Shown here one piece after another: positions 11,116 to 24,103 of a stretch of 64,000 nucleotides of DNA; positions within the stretch are counted from its first letter, which is position 1, and every line of letters begins with the position of its first letter. The DNA is taken from positions 14,756,001 through 14,820,000 of the forward strand of contig JBHGNT010000011.1 of NCBI GenBank assembly GCA_043228905.1, given 5' to 3'. A model generated the notes under the pieces. That model saw only the letters and a list, made by a program, of their open reading frames with translations, was not told the origin of the DNA and searched no databases. The DNA is from Azolla caroliniana (taxonomy: Eukaryota; Plantae; Polypodiophyta). The position numbers were made by a program, and so were the translations under genes.

Positions 11116-12781
11116 TTTTAGATGCACAAGTGTATCAATACTTTTTTATTTTAATATGGTAAATCCATGAATCTATTGCCAAAGATGTATTAGAAATAAT
11201 TGGTGAGAATGTTGAAAAGCACTAATGAAAGTAAAATGTTATCTAAGTTTGACTTATATATTGTTTTGAGCATTTTCAAGCTAATTACTATTGGTGATAT
11301 ACTTTTAAACTATCTCCAATCTTAAAAAGTGATATTGGAGGTGGGCTAGAGCACCTACATGCACCTTGTTGTGTGTTTGTGTGTGTGTATCATGCGATGT
11401 GCTACAATTTCGTTTTCATCATAAAGAAGAAATGAAATATTTACATTGGCCCGTTTTAATGTTCGTACAGAACATGTCTTCTTCTAAACATGACTATCAA
11501 ATTCTTGCCCCCCTTGTCATCAATTGTTGATTGTCCATACAAACTAATATTTTTGACACCAAACGACAAGGATATGTTTGATATATAAAGGGTAATATGA
11601 ATACTACCATTGTACGTATTTTTCTAAATATCATTAGGTCTTATAAGCTTGGTAGAAAAGGTCGCTACATGAATATTGTAGTTTTCTTAATCAAATGCTC
11701 TATTGAAGAGTTTATGAACATGATTAAATTTTGTGTAAATGTAAGAAAAGTAAGCTTGTTATTTTCAATTTTACTTAGGAACGACTGATCAGAAAACTTA
11801 TTCATGTAATAGATTAAAGATCTCTCCCATCTCTTTCTCAAATGTCGTGCTATGGAGAAAAATAATACATCTTCTTCATTTTTTCCCCTCATGAATAAAG
11901 AATGAATCAATATTGTACATTATTTAAGCCTTCAAAAAGACAATCAACACATAAAGATGGATATTGGCTAACAATCAATTCAAAAAGTTGTCTATGTGGA
12001 CCTAATATTGCTCAAGCATAAAAATCCATTGGAAGGGGGTAATCTGAACCCGAGTAATGACATATCACACATATGAAAGAAACCTTCATACTACTAAAGA
12101 AATTGAACATCATAAGGTTGAATAATGGATTGTTCTAAACATCGGCTCACAAATAACAAGCACATGCAAACTTAAGACACCATCTTTTATCTACCTCTAT
12201 AAGAAGTTATCATATTGACATCTATTTAAAAGGAATTTTAAGCAAATTCGGAGTTGGAACGTGTGGAGATAGCATTGGCTATATTTGTGTTGAAGGACTT
12301 CAAGAGCATTCAAAAGAGCTCATCACTAACTTCTTCAAGGTCATGTAAAACCGAATATTTCTCTCTCCTATCAAGAGTTCTTGTCTTCTAATGAATTGCA
12401 TTTATTTCTATATTGTCAATCACATTCAAGCTTGTGCTTCTAACATGGTCAACCTTGTGCTCTCGCTAGGTGTATATCTCTTCTAGTCATAATGTTCACT
12501 CACTTGTACTACATGAAATTGTTTCACTTGACTTTCAATATAGATCATATTCGACATGCAAGAACGGTAATAAATCTTGTCTCTCCACAAGAAATCCAAT
12601 GGTCATGAGCCAGAGTGTCTTTTATTTTTTGTATCACAACCACCATATAATTTAGTTGAGACCATAAATGTGTGTGTGTGTGTGTGTGTGTGTGTGAGTG
12701 TGTGTATAATATATATATATATACATACATACATACATTGCTTCTACTAACGATGTACTCCGAACACACCCACACACACAA

Positions 12782-14299
12782 ATGACTTCCATAACTCTTT
12801 CAAGCACATGGACACCATATTATTTCATTCACACATATTCATCATCACTCCAAAATATCCATGCCCCATGGCAATCTTCACTTATTCTACCTCTAGCACT
12901 AATCCTCCTCATACCTTGCATGACAATCTTGATTTATAAATCACTACAAAAGAAACCTATTTATCTAGTTGATTTTGTGTGTTTTAAGCCCTCACTTAAC
13001 TCAAGAGTGTCATCTAGTTTATTTATGGAACATTCAACCTTGACAGGTTTCTTCGATGAGAAAAGCCTTAAATTCCAACAATCCATACTCGAGAGGTCAG
13101 GACTCGGGGAGCTTACCTCTTTGCCTCTTGCAATGCAATACTTGCCACCACGACCGAGCCTTCAGAATGCACGAGATGAGGCCGAACTCGTCATCTTCTC
13201 CACCCTTGAGAAGTTGTTCAATATTCCCTATTCGACACGAAAGGTGGCCAAGTCATTGCCAACAGAAGCAACAACAAGGTTTGACAAGTTTATCGTTGAA
13301 CCCCTAGATGTGGACATTCTTATAGTGAATTGTAGTCTATTTAGCCCAAGCCCATCTCTATGTAGCTTGATCATCAATAAGTTCAAGATGAGGAGTGATG
13401 TGAAAAGCTACAACTTGTCTGGGATGGGGTGTAGTGCTAGCCTTATTTCCCTCTCATTGGCCCAAAACCTTCTCCTTGTCCACCCCAATAGTTGTGCCTT
13501 GATTATAAGCACAGAGAATATCACCCAAAACTGGTACATTGGCAATAGGAGATCTATGGTCATACCAAATTGCTTGTTTAGAATGGGGGGTGCTGCCATC
13601 CTTCTCTCAAATAAGGCCTCCGATGCTGTTCGATCCAAGTACCAACTTTCACATGTTGTTCGAACTATCACCGGAGGTTCCTCCCGTGACCATGTTAGGT
13701 CGTACAAATGTGTGTTCCAAGAGCAAGATGAAGAAGGAAATTATGGGGTCACGTTGTCGAAAGATCTCACGAAAGTTGCGGGTGAAGCATTGCGGCATAA
13801 CATCACAAGCCTCGCACCATTGGTTCTCCCCTTCTCCGAGCAATTCACATACATTATCAACGAAATGAGGAGGTTGGTAAAACGCATAATTAGAAGTGGT
13901 ACTAGTGATGCGAGGGTGGTTTTGGCGAAGGCTCGGGTGCCGAACTTTAAGAAGACTATTAAGCATTTTTGCATCCATGCTGGTGGAAGGGCGATAATCG
14001 ATGAGCTAGAGAAGAGCTTGGAGTTGTCGCCACAACAAGTCGAGGCGTCGCGTATGGCATTGTATCGGTTCGCAAACACTTCGTCCTCATCCATCTGGTA
14101 CGAGCTTGCATACCTCGAGGCAAAGGGAATGATCATGGAGCGGGATCGAGTGTGGCAGATTGCCTTTGGGAGTGGGTTTAAGTGCAATAGTGCAGTGTGG
14201 CTCGCGATTGGTGCCAATCAAGGTCCGTCGCGTCAACAACATAATGCATGGTTGGATTGTATCCATGAATATCCTGTGGAAGTTCCTTCATTCAACTAG
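12782..14299 (+). CDS. KCS: 3-ketoacyl-CoA synthase (FAE1/CUT1-type very-long-chain fatty acid elongase), intronless
   Basis: 505-aa ORF with NLSGMGCSA (catalytic Cys), HFCIHAGGRA, NTSSSSIWYEL and WQIAFGSGFKCNSAVW motifs. Confidence 0.96.
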   Translation: MTSITLSSTWTPYYFIHTYSSSLQNIHAPWQSSLILPLALILLIPCMTILIYKSLQKKPIYLVDFVCFKPSLNSRVSSSLFMEHSTLTGFFDEKSLKFQQSILERSGLGELTSLPLAMQYLPPRPSLQNARDEAELVIFSTLEKLFNIPYSTRKVAKSLPTEATTRFDKFIVEPLDVDILIVNCSLFSPSPSLCSLIINKFKMRSDVKSYNLSGMGCSASLISLSLAQNLLLVHPNSCALIISTENITQNWYIGNRRSMVIPNCLFRMGGAAILLSNKASDAVRSKYQLSHVVRTITGGSSRDHVRSYKCVFQEQDEEGNYGVTLSKDLTKVAGEALRHNITSLAPLVLPFSEQFTYIINEMRRLVKRIIRSGTSDARVVLAKARVPNFKKTIKHFCIHAGGRAIIDELEKSLELSPQQVEASRMALYRFANTSSSSIWYELAYLEAKGMIMERDRVWQIAFGSGFKCNSAVWLAIGANQGPSRQQHNAWLDCIHEYPVEVPSFN

Positions 14300-16115
14300 T
14301 GTTTAAATTCACTATATGTAAAAAACACAAGTGTGTTGTCAATGTTCGCCCATTGTAGTTGAGGTCATGGTCTTCACTATCACCATCATCATGCCGAGTA
14401 TGATCATCATTGTTGTCCGTCATTGTGATTGTGGTCGTGGCCGAGTATGGTCATTGTTTGTCTCACGAGTTCTTTCTTATATTAACTATCCTTAATCCCA
14501 ACATGTATTTTTTATTTTTTATTTCTAGAAATAGGAATTGAATTGCTTAAAAAAAACAATGTGAATTATCATATGATATCATTAACATCACGGATATGAA
14601 TCATTAGCCATTAAGTATTACTAATCGTATGGTGTGTTACAAAACAATCCCATTAGATCTAATTCAACTTCAAAGAGCGAATCACCATTGTATCTTTAAA
14701 GAACATTTTTTAGCTAGACAAAGAAGTCCTAAGGAAAAGGGTGTCTAGTAAAATACAAGTAAACCAATGATACCAACTTATTTATTGTGCTAAATATAAA
14801 GTATTTAAGTATAAGGTATTGATAGATTTCTTTAAAAATTTGACGCGATGAAAAGTGTTCACCTAACGTTAAGTGTTGAAATAATGACAATAAGTCCAAA
14901 CTACCATGAGGTTACGAGATAAAGAAAGTTTCACATACATGCACCGAGGTTTAGGAAGACCACATAGAATTGAGAATAGAAAGAAATCGAATGATTGAAG
15001 GCATTAGATGGGATAGGAGGAAAGAGAAAGAAATGTAGAAGTCATTACAAATAGTGGATGTGAGAGTTTAGTGTATGGACAAAAGATAGTTTCAAGTCAT
15101 TGATTGCATCAAAATAAAAAAAGGAAAACGAAGGATAATTATTAGCAATCATTGTGAGTTGAGTGGATCTAATGTTTAATAACTCAACAAAAAGGGCAAC
15201 AACTTATGTAAAGCAGAGGAGACATAATAAATCATGTTGAGTCATTTGTGAGAAGGAACATATCATTTAATTATAAAGGAGAGGAGACTATGGACAAAAA
15301 AATTTGAGTGTGAAGATCATTGCGTATTTATTTAAAAAATAACAAAGCAAACTAGAAATTTCTATTGTGGACAACAAGCTCGAATGACTTCTTTTGATGT
15401 CCAGAAGTATTATCTTTCAGTTAAGAAAATTAACAGTGTCATTATGTCCTAACTTCTAACATTTGGGAAGTTTTTATGCATAACTTTTCACAATGCTATG
15501 GTTTATGTAAAGTACATATCAATCGTATGCTTTTAGATAAGGGCAAAGTTTTGAAATGTTGATTTTTCATATTTTTACTCATGCACTTTTAGTTGGTGTT
15601 TCTCCTTATAACTAATTCTAATTTACGTTACTTACTAATTAGAATTTATGATAATTAATTATCGTGTGAAGGGAGAAAAGCGTGGAAAAATAAGTTTTAC
15701 AAAATGTCAGGATATCTTTGAAGCAAGTACATGCTCAAAAGGAACTCCAAGTACTACAAACAAGGCAATTATTGATGTGGAAACATGATGTTATTCCTAT
15801 CATTAACCCTAACATTTCAATGCCTCACTAAACGCCATGTTTAACGACAATATTTTTATATGTGATGCTAAATAATGCATTTTATGTGTGGCGTTTTCTT
15901 GTGCTTTCTCTCTCATGCTCTCTGACTCACATGTTGTCATGTCATTATAATTATGACTTGTGTAGTATTGCATGTATGCTAACTCGAATGAGTAACATCA
16001 GTTGTCATGCATCACACATTCACATGTGTGCCAAGTGGTGATCACACATCTCATGCATCATGCACTCTCACACACATGCACTCTTATTCAAACACCTTAT
16101 AAGGAGAAGTTGAAG

Positions 16116-16598
16116 TAACAATCGGCAACGGTTCGGTTTCAGAAGGTCCAAACCGAACCGTTAAAAATGTTGAAACCTGAACCGAACCGAACCACGAAAC
16201 CTTTAAACCGAACCGTTAAACCGTAAAAACCGCAGTTTCATGGTTCGGTTTCAGTTTTCAACATAGGTCAAAAAATATTATTTTTTTAAAAAAATTTATA
16301 ATATTTCATTATTTAGAATTTTTAAAATTTTTAAGATGTTCCTAAAATGTGAGAATAAGAGTAAAAATGAAAAGATTGTTTTAAAACAATTTTTAAAATT
16401 TTTTAGAAATTTTTTTTAATTTTTAAAATTTAAAAAAAAAATATAATAACCGTTTAAACCGCGGTTTTTGACTGCTGAAACCGAACTGAACCGTTTAAAA
16501 AACATAAACCTGAACCAAACCGTTGAAGGCGTTAAGGCGTTAAGGCGTTAAACCGTGGTTTCGTGGTTCGGTTCGGTTCGAACCGTTGCCGATTGTTA
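16116..16598. mobile_element. Non-autonomous hAT-type DNA transposon (MITE)
   Basis: Perfect 20-bp TIR TAACAATCGGCAACGGTTCG; 8-bp TSD AGTTGAAG/AGTTAAAG; many subterminal AACCG motifs; AT-rich core. Confidence 0.88.
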
Positions 16599-17189
16599 AG
16601 TTAAAGCATAAAATATTAATTAGTCAAGCTCGCTCATTAGAAAAGGTTTTTTATCTCTCAAGATTGAGGTTACAGGTTCAAGTTGAAGTTGGACAAACAT
16701 AAGGTGTGGAATATTTGTACCTTTGGCAAATATAATTTTGTACTTCTAATTTGAATAGAGCATATTTTTATCATATACTATCTCAAATCTACTTCTTTAA
16801 TCCGATGCTCTCTCATTTTTTAAAACATTGTCTCATTTTTGTGCTCTCTAAAATTTACCAGTCATATAACAAGAAATTTACACCTCTGAGGCTCTCCAAC
16901 TCTTTTCATCATACTCATTAAAATACAAAAGAAATATGGCGAGTAAGCCAAAATACAAATGGTTTATTTACAAAAAGAAAACGTGTCGGTCCAATAAACA
17001 TAATTAGTCATTGTCATTCTCTAATGATGAATCATTATTCTCTTCCTTGTTAACAACGTGATCGTTCCTAGCATCAATTATTAAATAATATTGTAATGTC
17101 AAGCATCGAATTAGATGTTCAAACAATTATATCGTTTCAAATATTGGTGGTTACACTATTTTGGATCGTGGCGGTTCATACTATATATT

Positions 17190-17870
17190 CCAAAGGTTTT
17201 GATTACATTCTCACTATTGTGGATCGGTTCACGAAGATGGTACATTTCCTTCCAAGCATAAAAACTATCAATTGTCACAAGATAACAAATCTAGTTTTTT
17301 TTCAAAATGAAGCTACTTTCCCATTAGTTAGGAAGGATTATTACAAAGAGACTATGCAAGGAGGTTTATACACAAATCGGGGAATCTCCCTCCGATCAAG
17401 TTCAAGAAAATGAGACTACTTACATAGCCTTTCGAACTGACTACTTAATGTAAGTAGATACCTATAGCTAAAAGTGGTGGCCTTCAATGTCGGCCAGTAC
17501 TTCATGGATAACAAATCTAGTTATCCATAAAGTATTTGGCATCATGGTCTTCTCGAGACCATCATCAATGATCAAGGCCCATTATTTATCTCTAAATTTT
17601 GAAAATATTTCCTTGGGCTCCTTTAGATTGATTGTAAACTCTCTTCAAGCTATCATTTGGAGATTGATGGTCAAACTGAATATACCAAATTCGTTGTCCA
17701 ACAATATCTTCATTGTTTCATCAACTACCACCGGATGATTGGGTTGATTCTTTGCACTTTGCGGAGTCTGCTTACAATAACTCACTTCATTCTTTTACCA
17801 AATTTACTCCCTTGTTTTACGAACATGGGATACCATCCCTATTGGACAACAAGACAATGCAAATGACAAG
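17190..17870 (+). pseudogene. Degenerate Ty3/gypsy integrase relic
   Basis: GFDYILTIVDRFTKMVHFLP and DGQTE motifs across frameshifts. Confidence 0.75.
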
Positions 17871-18249
17871 CTCATTGTGAATAAATTTTTACACATTTCA
17901 ATTTCCTAATTTTACCTATTGCCAGGGGATGCAATAAGCAAAGCAAATGAACTATCTTGACATTTCTATCTGACACCTCAACCAAGCAAGTTGGTTTTAT
18001 ATCATTAAAAACAAGTTTTCTTCATTCTTGATCACCTATTATTCAGAGCAGGTCATGTATTCAAAGCTCCTAGATATTCAAGACTTCTTGAGGCTCTTTT
18101 GAACTCTAGCTCTTGTGGTACTGCAATGAAAAACTACTAGTTAGAGACTTTGGAATCTACAAGACTTTGGTGCTAATTACTCAAAATTGTTAGTATCTAA
18201 CTTTGTAAGTTCGTCGGAGACTATGTTTATACTAACAATGTATGTTGTC

Positions 18250-19270
18250 AATCTAAGATGTCTCAACATCATCCATGTAGATTGTTGCAACCATTTTTTT
18301 ATTCCTAATAGTTCATGGAAATCAATTTCATTGGATTCTATTACATATCTCCCATCTTCCGAAGGTTTTGATGCATTCTAATAGTGGTATTTATCAATTC
18401 TCTAAGATGATACCTTCCATGCACCAAAGTCTATAAATAATAAGAAAACAATTGATCTCATTATGTTATAAATATTCAAGGATGATGGGTTCCTAAATTT
18501 ATCTCAAAGTTCTGGAAACATTTGCTCAAACTGCATCATATTTCTTGCAAGCTCTCTTCAAGCTATGAGCCACAAAATGACAACCAAGTTAAACATTTGA
18601 GCAATATCTTTATTGTTTCCTCTACAATTAGGAAGATGATTGGATTCATTTATTGCATTTTGTTGAGTTTTTCTACAATTATTCATTACATTTCTCCAAT
18701 GGACATACTCCACTCTTTACAAACATAAGTTAATCATCCTTGTTGGACAATGCTTGAGAGTCTAAAAGTCTAAAAGAATTCCTTTATAGTGGATTATCTA
18801 ATTCAACTCCAAAAGCTTCAAATTAAGGTTTCTTATTGTTTGTGTAGCGCTTAAGCTGGCTACAAATGCTTTGCAAATTTTCATTGCGTTAATTCATTAA
18901 AAAACTTAAAGTTTCACGATGTGGATCATGTGTGGTTGTTACGACATAATGCAAAGACTACCAATTCATGCACTAAGTTGGATTATCAACATCTTGGTTC
19001 ATTCATTATCTTAAACACAATCAATGATATTGAGTTTTGTCTAGATCCCCTCATATATCTTCATTTTCACCTAATGCTCCATGTTTTGATTCTAGAGCCT
19101 TGTTATGCCACTATGCCACTATGCAGTTCCTCCCTCGCCTCCACTTCAACTTGTTGATGCCATTTTGGACTCGAAGGAAGTGCATGACAAACTATATTTC
19201 TTTGTGGATTTGTTAGGTTACATGCGAGTCAATGATCACGCATGGGAACCCACTTTCAGAAGTACACAAA
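18250..19270 (+). pseudogene. Degenerate chromoviral integrase plus chromodomain relic
   Basis: SWKSISLDSITYLPSSEGFDA; KLDYQHLGSF...HVLILEP; then a DAILDS...LYFFVD..GY..DHAWEP chromodomain-like tail. Confidence 0.72.
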
Positions 19271-20970
19271 AGTTCATGTGATAGTTATGTAGGATAACCA
19301 ATTGACAAATATGCAAAGGTAGCCAAGCGGGAAAGCATGCATCAACACTAGGTGGTGACAATCCATTGATGGTAGGTGGGAACCAAGATAGGTCTAAGGA
19401 TACTATGCGTAGAGAAGTGATAAGGCTATCAAACGATTCCGGTGTACATAAAAAAGATATCAAGATGTTGAGCCATTACTTTAGGAAAACACTTGCAAAA
19501 AGATGAATGTACATTAAAAAAATTTGGTTTTCCTTGTAGTGACAATGAGATCAATTGATGATCTAATACCGATGACAGCAGTGTGGGTCGCGAAAAACAA
19601 TCGTTAACTTTCATTGTATTGTTTTAGTTGTCGAATTCTTTAAAGCATAATCTTGTGTCATGCGCTCCCTCCCATTGATGATGATGACATCCCTTCTTCT
19701 ACAATTGCCATTGAAGGCTTGTCTTTTGCGACGCGTCTAGCTAGCACATGGCTTTATTCAAACCTCGCCCACCAATGTGTTTGTCTCTCTGTCTCTCTGT
19801 CTCTTACATCTTCGATTCGGAAATGAGGCGTTAAAATTATCGTGACGGACAAAGAAAGATTCGCGAGGTGTGGGTTTGGGCCAATGGATTGGAAGAGGTG
19901 TTGGCATGGCTTTGAAATGAAGAGTGATGAAGAGGGTCTTTCTTCCTTTCTAGGACATGGGCTTTTTTTTGGAAGCCCACAAGGGAGGAGGTGAAGGAAC
20001 CATAACCATATGGCTATCTAAAACAGGGGATATGCTTGCTATTCTATTCACAACAGTTTACTCTCTTCACGAGTATTATTTTCCATCGCTTGCAGCAGCA
20101 GATCTCTTCCATCCACTCCCTCTGGTATTCAATTCCTTTCAGAATCTCTGCTTTTCTTTTTTCTTTTTTTTCGTTTCTTTTTTCTTTCTTTTTTGTTTTA
20201 CTGCTAATGAATCCCATCTATGTCGTGTATATATGCGTTTCAAAAAAAATTTATTTATTTATTTTTATTCGCCTGATGGAGCTCAGAAATGAGATTCAGA
20301 AGGATTTACCTTGAGAATAATGTTAGTGACGAATTCAATGACTATATGGTTCAAGTAAGAAGTGTTGCTAGGGATATAGGCGAGCCCTCAATTGAGCTAG
20401 CCATAAACGGATCTCTGAAACAAACAAAGGAAGAGAAACTTCAAATATAGGAAACTTGTTGCATGGGTAATGCCTCATAACCAACAAATCTATCAGAGAA
20501 GCCACATTAGCAAGGAAAATTGAAAGTAGCTCCAGTACAAACAAAGGGAGGAAGAGACACCTAGAAGATCAAGTAGAAACGTAATCACATGGGGAGGTCA
20601 CGTCGAAGTTAGCGCGAATAAGACCAATCACAATCACCCACATTCAACAAATTTGGGAGTGGACGGAGAAGTGACTAACCCACATACAATATAATTCCAA
20701 TTGAGAAGACAATGAGAGTCGACTATTAAGCTGGAATTGTGGAATAGATTGATAAGTACAATATTGGAAGATTCTTGAATAAATACAAAGTAAAGTTATC
20801 TTAAAGTACTATTACGTACATTTATATATAATAAAAGGTCTATTTTGCAGCAACATATATGTGGTGTTTTGCTTTTAAACTCGTCATATGCAGCATGTCC
20901 CGTGCGTATTCTCAGGCTTCGTCAAGTAAGACGCTCTTATTAAATTTCAGTCATTTCCGAGAAGAATCAA

Positions 20971-22368
20971 GTGTGTTATCTGATGCTCTGTAAACATTTC
21001 ATCTTTAATGCGAGCAGATCGGGCAACTTGGCCAAAGCAATACTATCTGCAGAATCTATGCAGCTACAAGGCATCTATCTAACAAGAGATCAAGCTTACT
21101 GCTGGCTACGTGAATGCACGAAACATCATGAAATAAGTCTGGATTATGTTAAGAGATTACAATCACTCCTGGTTTTCAATAGGCTTGACTCCATTCATGT
21201 TCTGGGTCATCATCTTATCCGGCAATTTACCTCATGTGGAAGTTTAGTTGATGCAGACAAAGCTTTCAACAAGCTTGTAAACCCTAGTGCATATGCATGG
21301 AGTGCAATCATTGCTTCTCATGCCAAGCTTGGGAAATCTGAGTCAGCTTTCCATCTATATGGTAGAATGCTGGAATTAGGCATAAAAACTGACAAATTTG
21401 TATTCCTTGCCATTCTCGGAGCTTGTACAACTTTGGCAACTACAAGGCTCATCCATGATCACATCATTCAAGATGGTCTCCAATCAGTCATTATGTTAGG
21501 TAATGCAATGATTGACGTGTATGCTAAGTGTGGTAGCCTGAAGGAGTCTTGTGTAGTTTTTGATAAGTTATGCAATAAAGATGTTGTGTCTTGCAACTCA
21601 ATGATTTTGGCATATACACAGCATGGGGAACTATACCATGCTTTAACTTGTTTTCTGAAGATGCAATTTCAAGGCATTCAAGCTGATGATGCCACACTTT
21701 CAAGTGTCTTAATTGCATGCAGCAATCTTGGAGCTATAGAATTTGGGAGGCTTGTACACCATAAAATTGTCGAAAGTGGGAGTGAACAGTATATCAAACT
21801 AGGGACTGCTCTTCTAGACATGTATGGGAAATGCGGTAGTTTAGATGAATCACTTGATGTTTTTTGTCAGTTACATAGTCCTGACGTTGTGTCATGGGGT
21901 GCATTGATTGCTGCATGTGTCCAATGCGGAGAATCCGATCTCGCTATGAGATGTTTTCAACTGATGAAACATGATGCTTTTATGCCAAATGAGGTGACAT
22001 TTACCAGTGTTCTTGCAGCCTGCAGTAATGCTGGTCTTGTTGAAGAGGGCTGCAAGTACTTCAAACTGATGTTAAATGAATATGGCTTAATACCAGGTCC
22101 TAGCCACCATCTATGTGTGATTGATCTTCTATCACGGTCAGGTAGATTGGATGAGGCAGAGAGTCTAGTCCAATCCATGGGTCAGAATGCTATAGTTGGA
22201 TGGAGGTCTCTGCTTACTGCCTGTGAAGTTTATGGCAATTTGGGACTTGGGAGAAATTGCTATAATCATTGTGTTCAGTTGGAACCCAGCAATGCCTCTG
22301 GTTACATGCTAATGTCAAAAATCTACTCTGATGCAAGTATGCTGGAAGAAACAAATGATATTGTGTGA
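20971..22368 (+). CDS. PLS-class pentatricopeptide repeat protein ending in a partial E domain
   Basis: Repeated 'LIDMYAKCGSL..A..VF..L...DVVSW' PLS units; FTSVLAACSNAGLVEEG; IDLLSRSGRLDEAE; WRSLLTAC; YMLMSKIYS. Start codon uncertain. Confidence 0.9.
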   Translation: MCYLMLCKHFIFNASRSGNLAKAILSAESMQLQGIYLTRDQAYCWLRECTKHHEISLDYVKRLQSLLVFNRLDSIHVLGHHLIRQFTSCGSLVDADKAFNKLVNPSAYAWSAIIASHAKLGKSESAFHLYGRMLELGIKTDKFVFLAILGACTTLATTRLIHDHIIQDGLQSVIMLGNAMIDVYAKCGSLKESCVVFDKLCNKDVVSCNSMILAYTQHGELYHALTCFLKMQFQGIQADDATLSSVLIACSNLGAIEFGRLVHHKIVESGSEQYIKLGTALLDMYGKCGSLDESLDVFCQLHSPDVVSWGALIAACVQCGESDLAMRCFQLMKHDAFMPNEVTFTSVLAACSNAGLVEEGCKYFKLMLNEYGLIPGPSHHLCVIDLLSRSGRLDEAESLVQSMGQNAIVGWRSLLTACEVYGNLGLGRNCYNHCVQLEPSNASGYMLMSKIYSDASMLEETNDIV

Positions 22369-24103
22369 ACAGGTACTTTCAATCTCCTCCTGAGGATTTT
22401 TCTGAAGGTCGTTTACATTTGCATGAGCAATGTAGGACGTATATACAGGGTCATCCTCCTAAAAGAGTTGCTGATTTATATGTTGTGCATGATAATTGCA
22501 AATCCTTTAATAAGCTCACACGGGAGAGGAATTTTCCACATCCAGCCACAACCTCTAATGACTCGGTATGAGAGAGGAATTTTCAAAAGGGATTTCAATA
22601 CAACTCCAACGGTTTAGCCTTTTATCTCCAGACTACTGATATGATACCAGGATTCCCATGTGTGGCAACCTTTCCAACTCCTCCTGTATGGTTAAACCGT
22701 CACCCGTCGGTACAGCCCCAACATTATCGGATTCTAGATTCGGAGTGGAAATCAAAATGAATGGTCAGGTATAGTTGTTGATTGCTGGAAGGTAGATGAT
22801 CCTTCACATTGGCCAGGTTTGTGTCATATGGTAGCACTAAGGGCTAAAAGGACCAACCCATGACATGGTTCTTTTATGCTGTTGTGAAGAGACCTTTATA
22901 ACATTCTCATCAATATTTATGATAATATCTATCAAGTGCAATTGGTAGATAAGCATCTCTAACTGTCAGAAAGTATTGTCAGGTTTTGGTTAGTGGTGCT
23001 TATTATTCATGAGAAAATGTTTATCCCTGATTAAATCAGAAGTTGATGGGTAATATCAGTTGAATTCCAGACAATGTGTTGCAAAATTTGCAATGGATAA
23101 TGGATATCATGTGAAGTGAGCATTTGCCTGGAAACAGTAAACTGCCTTTTACTACACAATCTTTCCATTAGTAAATTGTGTTATAAGTGATATTTCTGAT
23201 TGAATAGCGAACCTAATGTGCATATTTCTGATGAAATAGAATCAGCAAATGTGTATGTTTGTCATAAAATACTGGAAGCAATCTAGATGCTTCCATTGAG
23301 ATAGTAGAAAGGTGTATGTTTCCCATGAAACAGTGGAAGCAATATGCAACATACATGATTTTGGTATAGGCAACAGCAGTGCACAAAAGATGTATTGAAA
23401 TTCTTCATTGTTGTGATGGTCATGAGTCTTGACCTAGAGACCCCAGAGCTTACAAATCTTGAATCAGTAATTGACCAGAGAATTTTATGACATGGTTACT
23501 AAAGAGTTAAAAACGGGAAGATAATAACTGATTGCCCAACCTGATGAAATCACTCACTTTCAATTGTCATATGTATATAATGGTTACACGTTATCTTTGT
23601 CTAAGATTACTCATGCAACCTTGCAAATTATCCCAAAGTGAATAATATTTTGATAGTTTCTAAAACATTCCTTAAACATAATCCATGTTTAGCCTTATTT
23701 TTCATTTTACTCAGTTAAAAACAAACAATTTGATATTAAAAGGATTTTCTACTTATCCTTGCCTATTCAAAACACTCCTCTTTTAGTATTAATGACATAA
23801 CTGATGTGCACAATATCATGGCTAAACATTTCTTATTGTCTGAACATCACTGAACATGAAATAATGTGTTCCTTTCGTAGTGATTGAAGACTGCAAATGG
23901 CATTGACATAAATGACAAACTCGAATAAAGATTTTGACTTTAAAATTCTTGGCTGAAGTTTACATTATGGTTGGATCACCAAATATTATTTATGAGAATG
24001 CTGTAAAAAAAACTCGACGTAAAAAAAGGGGGGGCTCATAATGAGGCTACAATATATACACAAACAAAAATTCAGCTTATAAATTAAATGAATTGGCCAC
24101 TGC

